62,784 bases of DNA, filler included, from a bacterium (GCA_024278215.1; 3 parts of 3 records of this genome joined end to end with filler, not necessarily neighbours in it), one strand, 5' to 3'; counted from the whole stretch's first letter, positions 20,639-32,028 are shown. Numbers and translations are program-made. Notes: generated from the letters alone by a model not told the origin.

Positions 20639-20680
20639 CTCTCTTTTCAGTACAAATTTCAGGCATACAGGATTCGCAAA

Positions 20681-22528
20681 GTGTCTTCATCCGAACATGA
20701 TAATAAACGTACTATTCTGCTTTTAGCATTACTTGTTTTCTTTGCCGCCTGGCTGATCTATGCGGACACACTGGACAATCCTTTTGTATATGACGACCTT
20801 GTAATAATTGCCGAAAACAACAATCTCGACGACCCGTCGAATTTCAGGAATCTCTTCACCCGCGAATATTTCTCATTCTCCGGGGAACGTACCTACAGGC
20901 CTGTCGTCACAGCCGTTTATCTCGCCATATCGAGCATAGCCGGAAAAGAATCCACGCCCTTCAGAACTGCAAGTGTGCTGGCTCATGCTATGGCGGGAGT
21001 ACTGTTGTTTTTTGTAGCGCTGGCAGTCACCGGACGGCGCGATGTCGCAATCTTTGCCGCACTTATCTTTGTTTGCCACCCGCTCCAGAGCGAAGCTGTC
21101 GACGGGAGTTCTTTCCTCGAGGACCCGCTTTCGGCGGTTTTCTTCCTCGGCGCTTTCCTCGCCCACACACGTCTCCGCAGGTCCGGGGCGCTCTCATCGC
21201 TCGCTTCGGCAGGTGTGCTGTATCTTCTTGCAATGTTTACGAAAGAAAGCGCCGCTGTTTTTCCACTGTGGGCACTCTCCTATGAATTGCTCAAACCGGA
21301 TATGCCCGAAAACCGTTCATTGAAATCAAAAACGGTTCCCTTTATTACATACTTCATAATCGCCCTCGTATTTGCGTCGGTTCGTTTCGGACTGATGGCA
21401 AACCCCGCGCAGGCCGCTGCCGCCGCTATGCCGGGCCACGATGTTCAGTCGTCGGTCGCGGTCATGGCTGTCGCATTCCTCAAATATCTGCAATTGTTCT
21501 TTATGCCGTTCGGCTACAGCATCGAGCACTGCATCTCAAGTACTCATTCGCTTACCGACTTCCTGGTCGTCATTTCATTTATCATACATTTCCTGTTCCT
21601 GTTGACGGCGTTTCTTTTCCGCAGGCAGGGCAGATCGATGAGCATGGGGATCCTGTTCTATTTTATCTGCCTGATTCCCATCTCGAACATAGTGCCGTTC
21701 GGCGCTGTGATGGCAGAGCGATACATGTACCTGCCTGTGGCCGGAATGAGCATTTTCATCGCCGCGATGTCCCTCTACAGGGCTCCGGGACAGAAGCTCG
21801 ACGCCGCCGCCGAAAAGTACGAGTTGCTGATGAAAGTGTTCCTCGTCTGTCTGTGTCTTTTTTTCGCATCGCAGACCGCGAAACAGAACGAGAAATGGAA
21901 CACGGGCCTGTCGCTGTGGGGCGAGGCAGCCGGAGTATGCCCCGAGAGTTCGAGGGCAAGGACAAATTACGGGCGCAGGCTCGTCGAAGCCGGAATGTTT
22001 CGCGACGCTGTCGGGCAACTCGACGCCGCTGTCAGACTCGATCCCATGCACTACGAGGCGTGGAACGCTCTGGGAACGGCATGTTTCAACGTGAAAGATT
22101 ATTCGTGCGCGAAACGTTCTTACAGACGCGCGCTCGATATTCACCCTTCAAACGACGTGCGTTATAATATCGCAATCCTGCAAATGAGAACAGGCGCGCC
22201 GGGCAAAGCTGTTTCGATGATCGAGCGCATCCTCGATGTCCAGCCCGACTGGCCGGCGGCGAACTACCTGCTCGGCAACGCTTTCCTCAAAAACAATCAG
22301 TTTAATAAAGCCGTAAAACAATACGAAAAAGTCCTCCGCCTTGACCCCGCTCACATCGGCGCGACTGTCAACATGGGCGCGGCATACATGCGGCTGGGGC
22401 GCAATGATGAAGCTCTGGCATCGTTCAGGCGCGCGCTCGAACTCGAACCCGGCAACAGCTACGCTATCAGCAACATCAAGCTGCTGGAGAACCGCATGAA
22501 ACGTACAAACAGGAATAACGAAAGGTAG
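20681..22528 (+). CDS. TMTC-like membrane glycosyltransferase with C-terminal TPRs
   Basis: FVYDD, YRPV, HPLQSEAV, TKESA, AERYMYLP, then TPR repeats. Confidence 0.85.
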   Translation: MSSSEHDNKRTILLLALLVFFAAWLIYADTLDNPFVYDDLVIIAENNNLDDPSNFRNLFTREYFSFSGERTYRPVVTAVYLAISSIAGKESTPFRTASVLAHAMAGVLLFFVALAVTGRRDVAIFAALIFVCHPLQSEAVDGSSFLEDPLSAVFFLGAFLAHTRLRRSGALSSLASAGVLYLLAMFTKESAAVFPLWALSYELLKPDMPENRSLKSKTVPFITYFIIALVFASVRFGLMANPAQAAAAAMPGHDVQSSVAVMAVAFLKYLQLFFMPFGYSIEHCISSTHSLTDFLVVISFIIHFLFLLTAFLFRRQGRSMSMGILFYFICLIPISNIVPFGAVMAERYMYLPVAGMSIFIAAMSLYRAPGQKLDAAAEKYELLMKVFLVCLCLFFASQTAKQNEKWNTGLSLWGEAAGVCPESSRARTNYGRRLVEAGMFRDAVGQLDAAVRLDPMHYEAWNALGTACFNVKDYSCAKRSYRRALDIHPSNDVRYNIAILQMRTGAPGKAVSMIERILDVQPDWPAANYLLGNAFLKNNQFNKAVKQYEKVLRLDPAHIGATVNMGAAYMRLGRNDEALASFRRALELEPGNSYAISNIKLLENRMKRTNRNNER

Positions 22529-22532
22529 AAAT

Positions 22533-23552
22533 ATGAAAAAAGTAAGAATCGGAATACTGGGCGCGGGCACTATGGCGAAGCGTCACCTTACCGCCATGAA
22601 GAACATCGACAAACTGGAAGTCGTCGGAGTAACAAGCGCAAGGCCGGAGAGCCTCGAACGCATAAACAAGCAGTTTGGAATACGTGCTTACTCGGCACAG
22701 GACCTGCTACTTGAAAATGTGGATGCCGTCGACGTGTGTCTTCCCACATTCATGCACGAAAGTATAACACGAATGGCGGCGGTATTCGGTGTTCACGTGA
22801 TATGCGAAAAGCCGATAGCGCTGGACCCGGTCGACGCGAAGCAGATGGTCGACACATGCGGGAAAGCATGCATAAAATTCATGGTTGCACACTGCCTTAG
22901 ATTTCGATCGGAATATGTTTTTCTTAAAGAAACAGTCGCCAATAAGAGATACGGCGGCCTTGTCGACCTGACCGCATGGAGATATGGAACCTTGCCCGGC
23001 AGCGCGTCCGGCAACTGGCTGATGGACAAAAAGCTAAGCGGCGGACCCGGCGTCGATCTGCATATACACGATGTCGATATGATCAGGTATCTCATGGGTG
23101 AACCGGCGGAAGTCTACTCGGGGCGCATAGAAAAAGAAAAGGTGATATCCGTCAATTCTGCGTTCCGATTCGACAGCGGAGCGATGGCTCGTGCCGCCGC
23201 CGGCTGGTTTATTTCCCCGGAATATCCTTTCACTCAGGGCTACAGGGCCGTGTTCGAAAACGCGATCATCGAGTTCCATTCGCAGAACCGTCAACCCCTG
23301 ACGATTACTACTCCCGACGGTCGGTCGCGCAATCCGTCGATAGAAAAAAGCGACCCCTACGCGAATCAACTTGAATACTTTGCCGATTGCATCCGCCGCG
23401 ACATCGAACCTGAACGCAGTTCGGGCCGCGAAGGGATGGAGTCGTTGCTGCTTGCGCTTGCCGCGGGCGAATCCGCCGCGACGGGCGAGATTGTCAGACT
23501 TCCTTATAATCCTTTTATAGAAGAGCCGATTGCTGATTCCAGGTCGGAATAG
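22533..23552 (+). CDS. Gfo/Idh/MocA oxidoreductase
   Basis: GILGAGTMA, HVICEKP, DLHIHDVD. Confidence 0.92.
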   Translation: MKKVRIGILGAGTMAKRHLTAMKNIDKLEVVGVTSARPESLERINKQFGIRAYSAQDLLLENVDAVDVCLPTFMHESITRMAAVFGVHVICEKPIALDPVDAKQMVDTCGKACIKFMVAHCLRFRSEYVFLKETVANKRYGGLVDLTAWRYGTLPGSASGNWLMDKKLSGGPGVDLHIHDVDMIRYLMGEPAEVYSGRIEKEKVISVNSAFRFDSGAMARAAAGWFISPEYPFTQGYRAVFENAIIEFHSQNRQPLTITTPDGRSRNPSIEKSDPYANQLEYFADCIRRDIEPERSSGREGMESLLLALAAGESAATGEIVRLPYNPFIEEPIADSRSE

Positions 23553-23630
23553 TGTTTTGTTATGGATATTGTTAATGGTGGTTGTTGATTGTAAAATAAG
23601 ACAACAAACAAAATATATGGCTGTGACAAC

Positions 23631-23780
23631 ATGAAATTTTTTGCTGAATTTTTTCAGTTTCTAAAAGAACGTAAAATCTGGTGGCTTGCACCGATAATCA
23701 CAGTGCTGCTGCTGCTCGGGCTCTTGCTCTGGCTTGCCGAATCTTCGGCGGTCGCGCCTTTCATCTACACTTTATTTTGA
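23631..23780 (+). CDS. DUF5989 (SxtK-like) 49-aa membrane peptide, absent from the ORF track
   Basis: MKFFAEFFQFLKERKIWWLAPIITVLLLLGLLLWLAESSAVAPFIYTLF*, with the family hallmarks RKxWW and APFIYTLF. Confidence 0.92.
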   Translation: MKFFAEFFQFLKERKIWWLAPIITVLLLLGLLLWLAESSAVAPFIYTLF

Positions 23781-23825
23781 TAGGTGCCCGATCATATAAT
23801 TACGTTCAGAACATAAACCGCGAAT

Positions 23826-25643
23826 ATGAACATCCTCGGAATATCTGCATATTACCACGACAGCGCCGCCTGCCTGTTGTGCGGCGGAGAGGTTGCCGCC
23901 GCCGCGCAGGAAGAACGGTTCACGCGCAGAAAACATGACCCGGCATTTCCTTATCATGCCGCGGACTATTGTCTGCGCGAGGCCGGCATCGAACCCGCAA
24001 TGCTGGACGCTGTCGCCTTCTACGACAAACCGTTTCTCAAATTCGAGCGTTTGCTCATGACATATCTCAGCTACGCGCCCGCGGGCCTGCCCTCTTTCCT
24101 GCTGGCAATGCCTGTGTGGCTCAAGCAGAAACTGTGGCTGAGCGAGATCATCTCGAAGGAACTCGGCTTCGACGGCAATATTCTCTACCCAAGGCACCAC
24201 GAGTCACATGCCGCCGCCGCTTTTTTCCCATCACCCTTTGATGAAGCGGCTATCCTGACGGTGGACGGCGTAGGCGAGTGGACCACAGCGAGCTTCGGGG
24301 TCGGCAGAGGAAACCGTGTCGAACTGCTCCGCGACATACGCTTCCCCCACTCGCTCGGACTGCTCTATTCCGCGTTCACATACTTCTGCGGATTCAAGGT
24401 CAATTCCGGCGAGTACAAACTAATGGGCCTCGCGCCTTATGGCGAGCCGAAATACGCCGCCCTCATAAAAGACAACCTTGTCGACATAAAAGAAGATGGC
24501 TCTTTCAGGCTGAACCTGAAGTACTTCGGCTACATGGCGGGCCTGCGGATGACCAACCGCCGGTTCGCTGCGTTATTCGGATTGCCCGCGCGAAAACCCG
24601 AGACGCAACTGACACAGGAATATATGGACATTGCAAAGTCCATACAGGTTGTGACCGAAGAAATCATGCTGAAGACGGCGCGCCATATCCGCTCCGAAAC
24701 CGGTTTGCGAAACCTGTGTATGAGCGGCGGCGTGGCGCTCAATTGCGTCGCAAACGGAAAAATAGTGCGTGAAAAAATATTCGACAGCGTGTGGATACAG
24801 CCCGCGGCGGGCGACGCCGGCGGCGCACTCGGCGCGGCATACATCGCCCTTCACCACTACTTCGGCAAACCGCGCCCCTCATCGACAGGCCGCGACCGCC
24901 AGAAGGCTTCATATCTCGGACCAGCCTTCTCCACGCGCGACATCGAAACATATTTAAAAAACAACAACGCACCCTTCGAACAGCTCGACGAAGCGGATAT
25001 CCCCACACGTGTCGCAAAACTAATCACGGAAGGAAACGTCATCGGCTGGTTCCAGGGCCGCATGGAGTTCGGCCCGCGCGCGCTGGGCGCTCGCAGCATC
25101 ATCGGCGACCCGCGATCGCGCCACATGCAATCGACAATGAACCTGAAAATCAAGTTCAGGGAATCCTTCAGACCGTTCGCCCCGACCGTGCTCGAGGAGC
25201 GCGCCGGCGACTACTTCGACATAGATTGTCCAAGCCCCTATATGCTCCTCACAGCACAGGTTCGCGATGAACACAAAGTTCCGGTCTCCGACGACGACAA
25301 TCAGCGCATCGGACTTGATAAGCTGAAGGTCATACGCTCGAAAATCCCCGCCGTTACGCACGTCGATTATTCGGCGCGGATACAGTCGGTAAGCAGCACG
25401 GACAATAAGCTTTATCACGACATGATCGCCGCATTCGAGCGACTCACCGGTTGCGGGCTGGTAATAAACACTTCGTTCAATGTGCGCGGCGAGCCGATTG
25501 TATGTACACCCGGCGACGCATACCGCTGCTTCATGCGCACTCAAATGGATTACCTCGTTATGGGACCGTTTCTGCTTGACAAAAAGCAACAGTCTGAAAT
25601 TGATGTTAAAGACGATTGGGAGAAGGAGTTTCCGCTTGATTGA
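23826..25643 (+). CDS. Carbamoyltransferase (NodU/CmcH family)
   Basis: YYHDSAACL, HHESHAA, GEYKLMGLAPYG, EFGPRALG, NTSFN. Confidence 0.95.
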   Translation: MNILGISAYYHDSAACLLCGGEVAAAAQEERFTRRKHDPAFPYHAADYCLREAGIEPAMLDAVAFYDKPFLKFERLLMTYLSYAPAGLPSFLLAMPVWLKQKLWLSEIISKELGFDGNILYPRHHESHAAAAFFPSPFDEAAILTVDGVGEWTTASFGVGRGNRVELLRDIRFPHSLGLLYSAFTYFCGFKVNSGEYKLMGLAPYGEPKYAALIKDNLVDIKEDGSFRLNLKYFGYMAGLRMTNRRFAALFGLPARKPETQLTQEYMDIAKSIQVVTEEIMLKTARHIRSETGLRNLCMSGGVALNCVANGKIVREKIFDSVWIQPAAGDAGGALGAAYIALHHYFGKPRPSSTGRDRQKASYLGPAFSTRDIETYLKNNNAPFEQLDEADIPTRVAKLITEGNVIGWFQGRMEFGPRALGARSIIGDPRSRHMQSTMNLKIKFRESFRPFAPTVLEERAGDYFDIDCPSPYMLLTAQVRDEHKVPVSDDDNQRIGLDKLKVIRSKIPAVTHVDYSARIQSVSSTDNKLYHDMIAAFERLTGCGLVINTSFNVRGEPIVCTPGDAYRCFMRTQMDYLVMGPFLLDKKQQSEIDVKDDWEKEFPLD

Positions 25644-25667
25644 GCCGGGCCGCGGAAACCGGACAGC

Positions 25668-26084
25668 ATGTCGATAATAAAAGATAAAACGCAGGAAGAA
25701 AGGAAACAGGTCCGGCAGTTCGGCTGGTTCGGATTCCTGTTTTTCACGTTGATAGGTTCGTTCGCACTGTGGCGCGGCCATGAACGGTCCGCATACATAT
25801 TCGGCGGCCTTAGCGCTTTTTTCATATTATTCACGCTCATATCGCCGACGATAATGCGCTATGTCTACAGGGGGTGGATGGCAGTCGTCGGCGTCATCGG
25901 CTGGGTCAACAGGCAACTGCTGCTTTCGCTGGTTTTCCTGCTGTTCATCACACCCACCGCGTTGATACTGCGACTTACAGGCCGCGATTTCATGAAACAA
26001 AAAATCGACGCAGGCGCTTCAACATACTGGAACACGCGCGAGCAGACCTCATTCGATAAAAGTTCTTACGAAAAAAGATTTTAG
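25668..26084 (+). CDS. SxtJ family membrane protein
   Basis: RQFG start, GRDFM, TYW, ends YEKRF; adjacent to the carbamoyltransferase. Confidence 0.85.
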   Translation: MSIIKDKTQEERKQVRQFGWFGFLFFTLIGSFALWRGHERSAYIFGGLSAFFILFTLISPTIMRYVYRGWMAVVGVIGWVNRQLLLSLVFLLFITPTALILRLTGRDFMKQKIDAGASTYWNTREQTSFDKSSYEKRF

Positions 26085-26112
26085 CCCCGCATTTGTGAAA
26101 TATGCGGGTTAG
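26081..26112 (+). repeat. Family B short form with TTAG duplication
   Basis: TTAG-CCCCGCATTTGTGAAATATGCGGG-TTAG; the left TTAG contains the SxtJ stop. Confidence 0.8.
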
Positions 26113-26160
26113 TTGTTCCGGCTGTGCCGTATCAGGAACTCACCGCCCCGAACCCAACTC

Positions 26161-26190
26161 TTGACATTGCAATATGCGGGCAGCTATACT
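26161..26190 (+). promoter_or_regulatory. Sigma70 promoter of the ileS leader
   Basis: TTGACA-N18-TATACT. Confidence 0.7.
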
Positions 26191-26221
26191 GATTCGGAAA
26201 AATTTGAAAGGAAGAGCCATT

Positions 26222-26284
26222 GTGCGGAACATTATAATAAACATCGCTATTATGCGGTCGCCTGTGGCGTCGCCTTTCGCCTGA
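26222..26284 (+). CDS. Putative Ile-rich leader peptide MRNIIINIAIMRSPVASPFA
   Basis: AAGGAAG RBS, GTG start, 5 Ile codons among codons 4-10, TGA stop; lies upstream of ileS. Confidence 0.75.
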   Translation: MRNIIINIAIMRSPVASPFA

Positions 26285-26359
26285 GCGAAAAGAGATGCCG
26301 GGGGCGGCCGAACCAAACAGAGCTGCCCGCGGACTTACGGATAATAAAAGACGAACGCG

Positions 26360-26389
26360 CCGTGGGGCCGCCCCCGCGGTTTTTTATTT
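26360..26389 (+). terminator. Attenuator terminator upstream of ileS
   Basis: CCGTGGGG/CCCCGCGG hairpin followed by TTTTTTATTT; overlaps an 11-bp alternative pairing with 26299-26309. Confidence 0.75.
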
Positions 26390-26450
26390 GTACGAAAATT
26401 TAGACTTGACAATAGGTCCTCAGGAAAAACTTTAAGAAATGGTGAGCGAT

Positions 26451-28604
26451 ATGTTCGAGAAAATGCCGAAGAAACCCGACTTCCCGGGACAGGAAAAAGA
26501 AGTTCTGGCCTTCTGGGAAAAAAATGACATAATGAAAAAAAGCATGGAGCGCAATAAGGGCAAGGAAAGGTTTGTTTTTTATGAAGGCCCGCCGACCGCG
26601 AACGGAATGCCGCATGTCGGCCACGTGCTGACACGTGTGATAAAAGACGTGATCCTGCGGTACCGGTCGATGTGCGGCATGGATGTGCTGCGCAAAGCCG
26701 GCTGGGACACGCACGGACTGCCCGTGGAGATACAGGTCGAAAAGGAACTCGGGCTCAAGGACAAAGGCGAGATCGAGAAGTACGGTGTCGCCGAGTTTGT
26801 GAACAAATGCCGCGAAAGCGTTTTCAAGTATGAAGGCGAATGGCGGAAGATGACCGCGCGTGTGGGTTTCTGGTGCGACCTCGACGACCCGTACATCACC
26901 TGCACGAACAACTACATAGAATCCGTCTGGTGGATACTTAAAAGCTTCTGGGAGAAAAACCTTTTATATAAGGGGCACAAGATTATGCCGCACTGCCCGC
27001 GCTGCGACACCGCGCTTTCCAGCCACGAAGTCGCCCAGGGCTACCAGGATGTAGACGATCCTTCAGTATTCATCAAATGCCCGGTGAAGGGAATGAAAAA
27101 CACGTCTTTCCTCGTGTGGACGACTACTCCCTGGACGCTTATCTCGAATGTGGCGCTGGCAATGTCCGAGCGTTTCGATTACGTAAAAGTCGAAGTCGAC
27201 GGCGAATACCTGATACTCGCCGAGGGCCGCCTTGCCGCCTTATTCGGCGAAAACCGACCGGATGTCGTCGAACGTTTCCGCGGCGGCGACCTCGCCGGAA
27301 TGCAGTATGAACCACCGTTCCACTTCTGCGACCTCGACGGCAAAGACGCTTTCTATGTCATACTCGCCGATTTCGTGTCGCTCGACGACGGCACCGGCAT
27401 AGTGCATATCGCGCCGGCGTTCGGCGAAGACGACTACCGCATCGGTCTCGAATATGACCTGCCGTTCCTGCAGCCTGTCGACCTGAACGGGAAATTCACA
27501 AAAGAAGTCACACCCTGGCATGGTCAGTTTATAAAAGATGCCGACCCGGCGATAATCGAAGACTTGAAGGAAAGAAATGTCCTTTTCAGGTCGGAGCTTT
27601 ACACACACTCCTACCCGTTCTGCTGGCGCTGCAAGTCGCCGCTCATCTATTACGGCCGCAGTTCCTGGTTTATAAAAACAACCGCTTACAAAAACACGCT
27701 TCTCGATGTAAACGAAGAAATAAACTGGATACCGGAGCATATCCGCAAAGGCAGGATGGGAGATTTCCTCGAGAACAACATCGACTGGGCGGTGAGCCGC
27801 GACCGCTACTGGGGCACTCCGCTCAACCTGTGGATTTGCGAAAAGGACGAAGCCCACATTCTTTCCGTCGACTCGGCGGCGGAACTGAAGGAACATGCGC
27901 TGGACTTCCCCGACGGCGAACTCGACCTGCACAAGCCATGGATCGACGACGTCCATTGCAAGTGCCCGCAGTGCGGCGCGCGCATGACACGCACCCCGGA
28001 GGTCATCGACTGCTGGCTCGACTCAGGCGCTATGCCCTACGCCCAGTGGCATTATCCTCATGAGAACAAAGAACTTTTCGAAAGCGTATTCCCCGCCGAT
28101 TTCATCACCGAAGCAGTCGACCAGACACGCGGCTGGTTCTACTCCCTCATGGCGCTCGGTGCCTTCCTTTTCGAGCGCGCGCCGTTCAAAAACTGCATCG
28201 TGATGGGCCACGTACTCGACGGCGAAGGAAGAAAGATGTCCAAGAGCATCGGCAACGTGGTCGAACCGCAGGACGCCTTCGAGAAATTCGGCGCGGACGC
28301 CTTCCGCTGGCTGTTCTATCGCGAAAACAACCCCTGGATCCCGACACGATTCTCGGACGAACAACTTCAGGAAATTATAAAGAATTACTTCCTTAATCTA
28401 TGGAACACTTATTCCTTCTTCACGATATACGCCGATATAGACGGCTTCAACCCGGCGGAACATTCCGTGCCGCGCGAAGACCTTCAGATGATCGACCGCT
28501 GGGTGCTCTCCAGGGTAAACAGCTGCATCAAGGAAATCAGGGGTTGCATGAACGACTACGACATAACGCCCGCTTCGAGAACTATGGAGGTTCTCCTCGA
28601 CGAC
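26451..28604 (+). CDS. ileS: Isoleucine--tRNA ligase (type 2), truncated at contig end
   Basis: GPPTANGMPHVGH, WTTTPWTL, YPFCWRC, SRDRYWG, KMSKS. Alternative start at 26439. Confidence 0.96.
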
Positions 28605-28704
28605 NNNNNNNNNNNNNNNNNNNNNNNNNNNNNNNNNNNNNNNNNNNNTTAATTAATTAANNNNNNNNNNNNNNNNNNNNNNNNNNNNNNNNNNNNNNNN
28701 NNNN
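28605..28704. other. Artificial contig spacer
   Basis: N44-TTAATTAATTAA-N44, a six-frame stop linker. Confidence 0.97.
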
Positions 28705-28780
28705 GGTAGTAAACCCGAGCTTCGCAATAAACCGATTACGGGTGTAAATACTTGATTTTCGGTAACATCAAGATGTGGTT

Positions 28781-30544
28781 TCAGAACTCTTTAAAATCGC
28801 TGTCGTCCATCGGGATAATACTTTCAGGATCATTAGTTGAAACAGTAGCGGCAATGTGCTGACGGCTTTCACCGTCCCTGTCGACTACGTTTTTTACAGA
28901 ATGAAACTTCAACATTGAAGGTCCGTGTGCGTTGTCCCGGTCGCTGTGGCCGATGGACCTTGATTCTTTTCTGTTGCCTGGCGCAACGCTACCCCCCGCG
29001 CTACTGCCTCCCACTATTGCAACCAACTCGAGAACCATGTCGTTCAATGCCTCCGCCTGCGAGCTCATTTCCTCGGCGGCAGACGCTGATTCTTCAGCAT
29101 TGGAGGCGTTTTGCTGAGTTACCTTATCCATCTGGCCCACAGCTATGTTCACCTGGTCTATACCCTGTGCCTGCTCCCTGGATGCGGCGGCAATCTCCGC
29201 CACAAGGTTGTTAACCATTTCCGTGCTGGTGCCGATATCCCTGAGAACGTTTCCAACTCTCTCGGCTATTTTGACACCATTTTCAGAGTTCTTCACAGAC
29301 TCTTCGATCATAGCGGCGGTATTCTTGGCGGCCTCTGCGCTTCGCATCGCAAGATTACGAACTTCCTCGGCCACCACGGCAAACCCCTTGCCCGCCTCGC
29401 CCGCGCGGGCTGCTTCCACAGCTGCATTCAGAGCAAGCAGATTCGTCTGAAAAGCGATCTCGTCAATAGTCTTTATAATCTTGGATGTTTCACCTGAAGA
29501 TTTTTTTATGTCTTCGATGGCCTTGTTCATAAGCTGCATGGCATCGTTGCCCTGCCTGGCGGCACTGGTCGATTCTTCGGATAACTTCTTCGCCTGGTCC
29601 GCATTGTCGGCGTTTCGGCGTGTCATTGATGCCATTTCTTCAAGCGACGAAGATGTCTCTTCAAGCGATGATGCCTGTTCCGCCGCACCTTCCGCAAGTG
29701 ACTGACCGGCCGATGACACCTGCCCTGACGCAGACGATACCTGGTCCGCTCCATCAGACAGATTCCGTATTATATTATTTATCGGTAAAGTAATAGAGCG
29801 TGTAATGAGCAGCCCCAGCACTGCGGCAAGCAGACCGCCCAGAATCATTCCCGCGACAGACATCAGCTTCGCGCTGTTCGCGGTTTTATCAGCTGCTTCA
29901 CGGGCAATGTCGATCTCTCTCCAGATTTCTTCATCCGCCTGTGCTAATTTGTTGTAGAACTTAGCGGAGGCGGCATCATATTCATTTTCGCTCTCAGAAA
30001 TTTTCTTATCCAATTGTTCCATCTGCAATTTCAGATCGGCAATAGCACTTTCACTGCCTTCCCGGTTTTCTTCCATCACACCAAGCTTTGTCCGCAACTC
30101 GATTTCCCTTTTTTTGATGTCGTAAACAGCTTTAGCCGCCGGTCGAAACTCGGCTCCCTGTATATCGGCGGCTTCAGCACTTAGTTTCTGCACCTTTTCA
30201 GCAGCAGCGATATACTCCCGGGCATCGATTTCCGCCCCGGTACTGATCGCGCTCTGGTACTTGTCGAAATGCTCGACCGTTTTTTCGAAATTCTTCCATG
30301 AAGCATCCAGCTTTTCCATGTCGACAGCCGCTATCATCTCCATGAGTTGCGTGTCGCCTTCGGTGGCGCCTATCCTCATCTCGCTGATAGCTGCCAGTTG
30401 CGGAATGTGATCAATCGTGTCACCCAGGTCCCTGTCTATGTTATTTGCGGAAATATAACCCAGAACACCAACCATCACCGTGATTAACGCTACCGCCATA
30501 AAGCCAAGAATAAGTTTTGTTCCGAGTTTCAGATTTTTGAACAT
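28781..30544 (-). CDS. Methyl-accepting chemotaxis protein
   Basis: Two TM segments; [34 protein letters not shown]. Confidence 0.96.
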   Translation of the reverse strand: MFKNLKLGTKLILGFMAVALITVMVGVLGYISANNIDRDLGDTIDHIPQLAAISEMRIGATEGDTQLMEMIAAVDMEKLDASWKNFEKTVEHFDKYQSAISTGAEIDAREYIAAAEKVQKLSAEAADIQGAEFRPAAKAVYDIKKREIELRTKLGVMEENREGSESAIADLKLQMEQLDKKISESENEYDAASAKFYNKLAQADEEIWREIDIAREAADKTANSAKLMSVAGMILGGLLAAVLGLLITRSITLPINNIIRNLSDGADQVSSASGQVSSAGQSLAEGAAEQASSLEETSSSLEEMASMTRRNADNADQAKKLSEESTSAARQGNDAMQLMNKAIEDIKKSSGETSKIIKTIDEIAFQTNLLALNAAVEAARAGEAGKGFAVVAEEVRNLAMRSAEAAKNTAAMIEESVKNSENGVKIAERVGNVLRDIGTSTEMVNNLVAEIAAASREQAQGIDQVNIAVGQMDKVTQQNASNAEESASAAEEMSSQAEALNDMVLELVAIVGGSSAGGSVAPGNRKESRSIGHSDRDNAHGPSMLKFHSVKNVVDRDGESRQHIAATVSTNDPESIIPMDDSDFKEF

Positions 30545-30661
30545 TTGAATTCCCCTTTCTTTTTTGAGCTGTCCACTGATCCTGTGCGTTTGGAAAAACG
30601 GTATGCACCACTTCGCTCTTATGACGAAAAAACGGGTGCCGGCGGGGTGTCCGGAATATCG

Positions 30662-30684
30662 CCCGCATTAGTGAAATATGCGGG
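30662..30684 (+). repeat. Family B short form
   Basis: CCCGCATTAGTGAAATATGCGGG. Confidence 0.75.
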
Positions 30685-30755
30685 GTAACCGAAGAAGCTC
30701 CTGCCTGTACACGATACATTATCTGAAGCGCACAAGTTCAGTTCAGGCATTCATT

Positions 30756-31253
30756 TCAATTACAATTTGTTGACAACTTATTGATTTCTTCCGATGTGAG
30801 CACTTTTCTGATATCGAGAATGATAATAACCTTATCTTTCGCTTTACCGATTCCAAGAATAAATTCCGTATCCACGCTAATCCCGAAAGACGGAGTGTTC
30901 TCGATATCATGGCCCTTTATGTCCAGTACTTCCGATACCTGATCGACAACAATCCCCATCAGGATATCATCCAGGTCCACGACGATTATGCATGTTTCCT
31001 TCGTGTCCACGACCTTGTTCATGCCGAATCTAAGCCTGAGGTCTATCACTGGTATTACCTTGCCGCGCAGGTTGATGACACCTCTTACAAAGTTCGGCAT
31101 TCTCGGCACCAGCGTGATGCCCATCATTCCGATGATTTCACGCACGCGCAGGATTTCAAGCCCGTACTCTTCATCTCCAAGAGCGAAAGTCAGGTATTTG
31201 CCGAGCTTCTCTTCGGCGCGGTTTATCGTTGCTGTCGCACTTTCTACACTCAT
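30756..31253 (-). CDS. cheW: Chemotaxis coupling protein CheW
   Basis: YLTFALGDEEYG, GVINLRGKVIPVIDLR, GIVVDQV. Confidence 0.95.
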   Translation of the reverse strand: MSVESATATINRAEEKLGKYLTFALGDEEYGLEILRVREIIGMMGITLVPRMPNFVRGVINLRGKVIPVIDLRLRFGMNKVVDTKETCIIVVDLDDILMGIVVDQVSEVLDIKGHDIENTPSFGISVDTEFILGIGKAKDKVIIILDIRKVLTSEEINKLSTNCN

Positions 31254-31449
31254 CCGTCTTTCTCCTTTCCATCACCTGCTTTCAGGGTTTCATAGCCCAT
31301 AAAATACAGTTGATCAACCATTGATGACCGGAAGTCACCATCATCATCGACAATCAGAATCGTTTGTACTGCCTCAGTCACTAATGTGTCTTTTCATGAT
31401 GAAAAACTTCTCCACACTCACTGTCGATCTCCGCACTTTTCCGTTTAAT

Positions 31450-31627
31450 GAGCCGATTGCAAAATTATGTTCGTAGCGAGGTCGAGCGAAATTGTTCAGA
31501 GCAAGGCAAAGGTGTAAAATCCTCGCAGGCGTACTTGTAGAGTACGTCGAGGACGATTTTATGCCGACAACGCAGATACGGACAATAGCAGCCGACCGCA
31601 GCAGAATCAGAATATTGCAATTGGCTC
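31450..31627 (-). mobile_element. Family A element (178 bp)
   Basis: Reverse copy of 4771-4948; abuts the stop codon of the receiver gene. Confidence 0.9.
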
Positions 31628-32028
31628 TAATGTTTTTTCATTGCACTTCTCAATTCGTTCACGATGTCACTTTTAAAGATAAAACCATCAACACCGGCTT
31701 TTAATTCTTCGGCCTCATTTCCACTGACCGGATAATTTGTAATGCAGAAAATGAGTGTCTGCGGAAATTCCTGCCGTATCTTCCCTGCGACGGTCTTATT
31801 TCGATTGCATAATGCGAGATCGAAAAGGATTATGTCCGGGCACATCTCAATGACCGATTCCAGCATCTCATCGTTTCTTGCCATTTGTGTTACCGTGTGC
31901 ACCTCCGGCAGCCGCGACAGGATGCCGGATATTCTCTCTCTCAAAAAATGGTCTTCTTCTACGACCAGTATTTTGTATCCAGAACTATCTGCTTGTTCAA
32001 CTTCGGTGGTAGTGTTTTTCTTTGACAT
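31627..32028 (-). CDS. Single-domain response regulator receiver
   Basis: KILVVEED, PDIILFD, GVDGFIFK. Confidence 0.8.
   Translation of the reverse strand: MSKKNTTTEVEQADSSGYKILVVEEDHFLRERISGILSRLPEVHTVTQMARNDEMLESVIEMCPDIILFDLALCNRNKTVAGKIRQEFPQTLIFCITNYPVSGNEAEELKAGVDGFIFKSDIVNELRSAMKKH

Noticed and set aside
23523..23547. Family A remnant at the end of the Gfo gene
   Set aside because: Only an 11-bp match plus short gapped pieces; too weak to call.
9593..26084. Complete reassignment of TAG to a sense codon
   Set aside because: 12 of 49 genes end in TAG. Read-through would add about 60 implausible residues to DUF362 and the TMTC-like gene, and SxtJ ends at its natural C-terminus.
23631..26084. 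Saxitoxin biosynthesis (sxtIJK-like trio)
   Set aside because: This trio is widespread outside toxin producers, and no sxtA or other sxt genes are present.
26190..26400. T-box riboswitch for ileS
   Set aside because: No GGTGGNACC T-box motif found; the leader-peptide attenuator explains the region.
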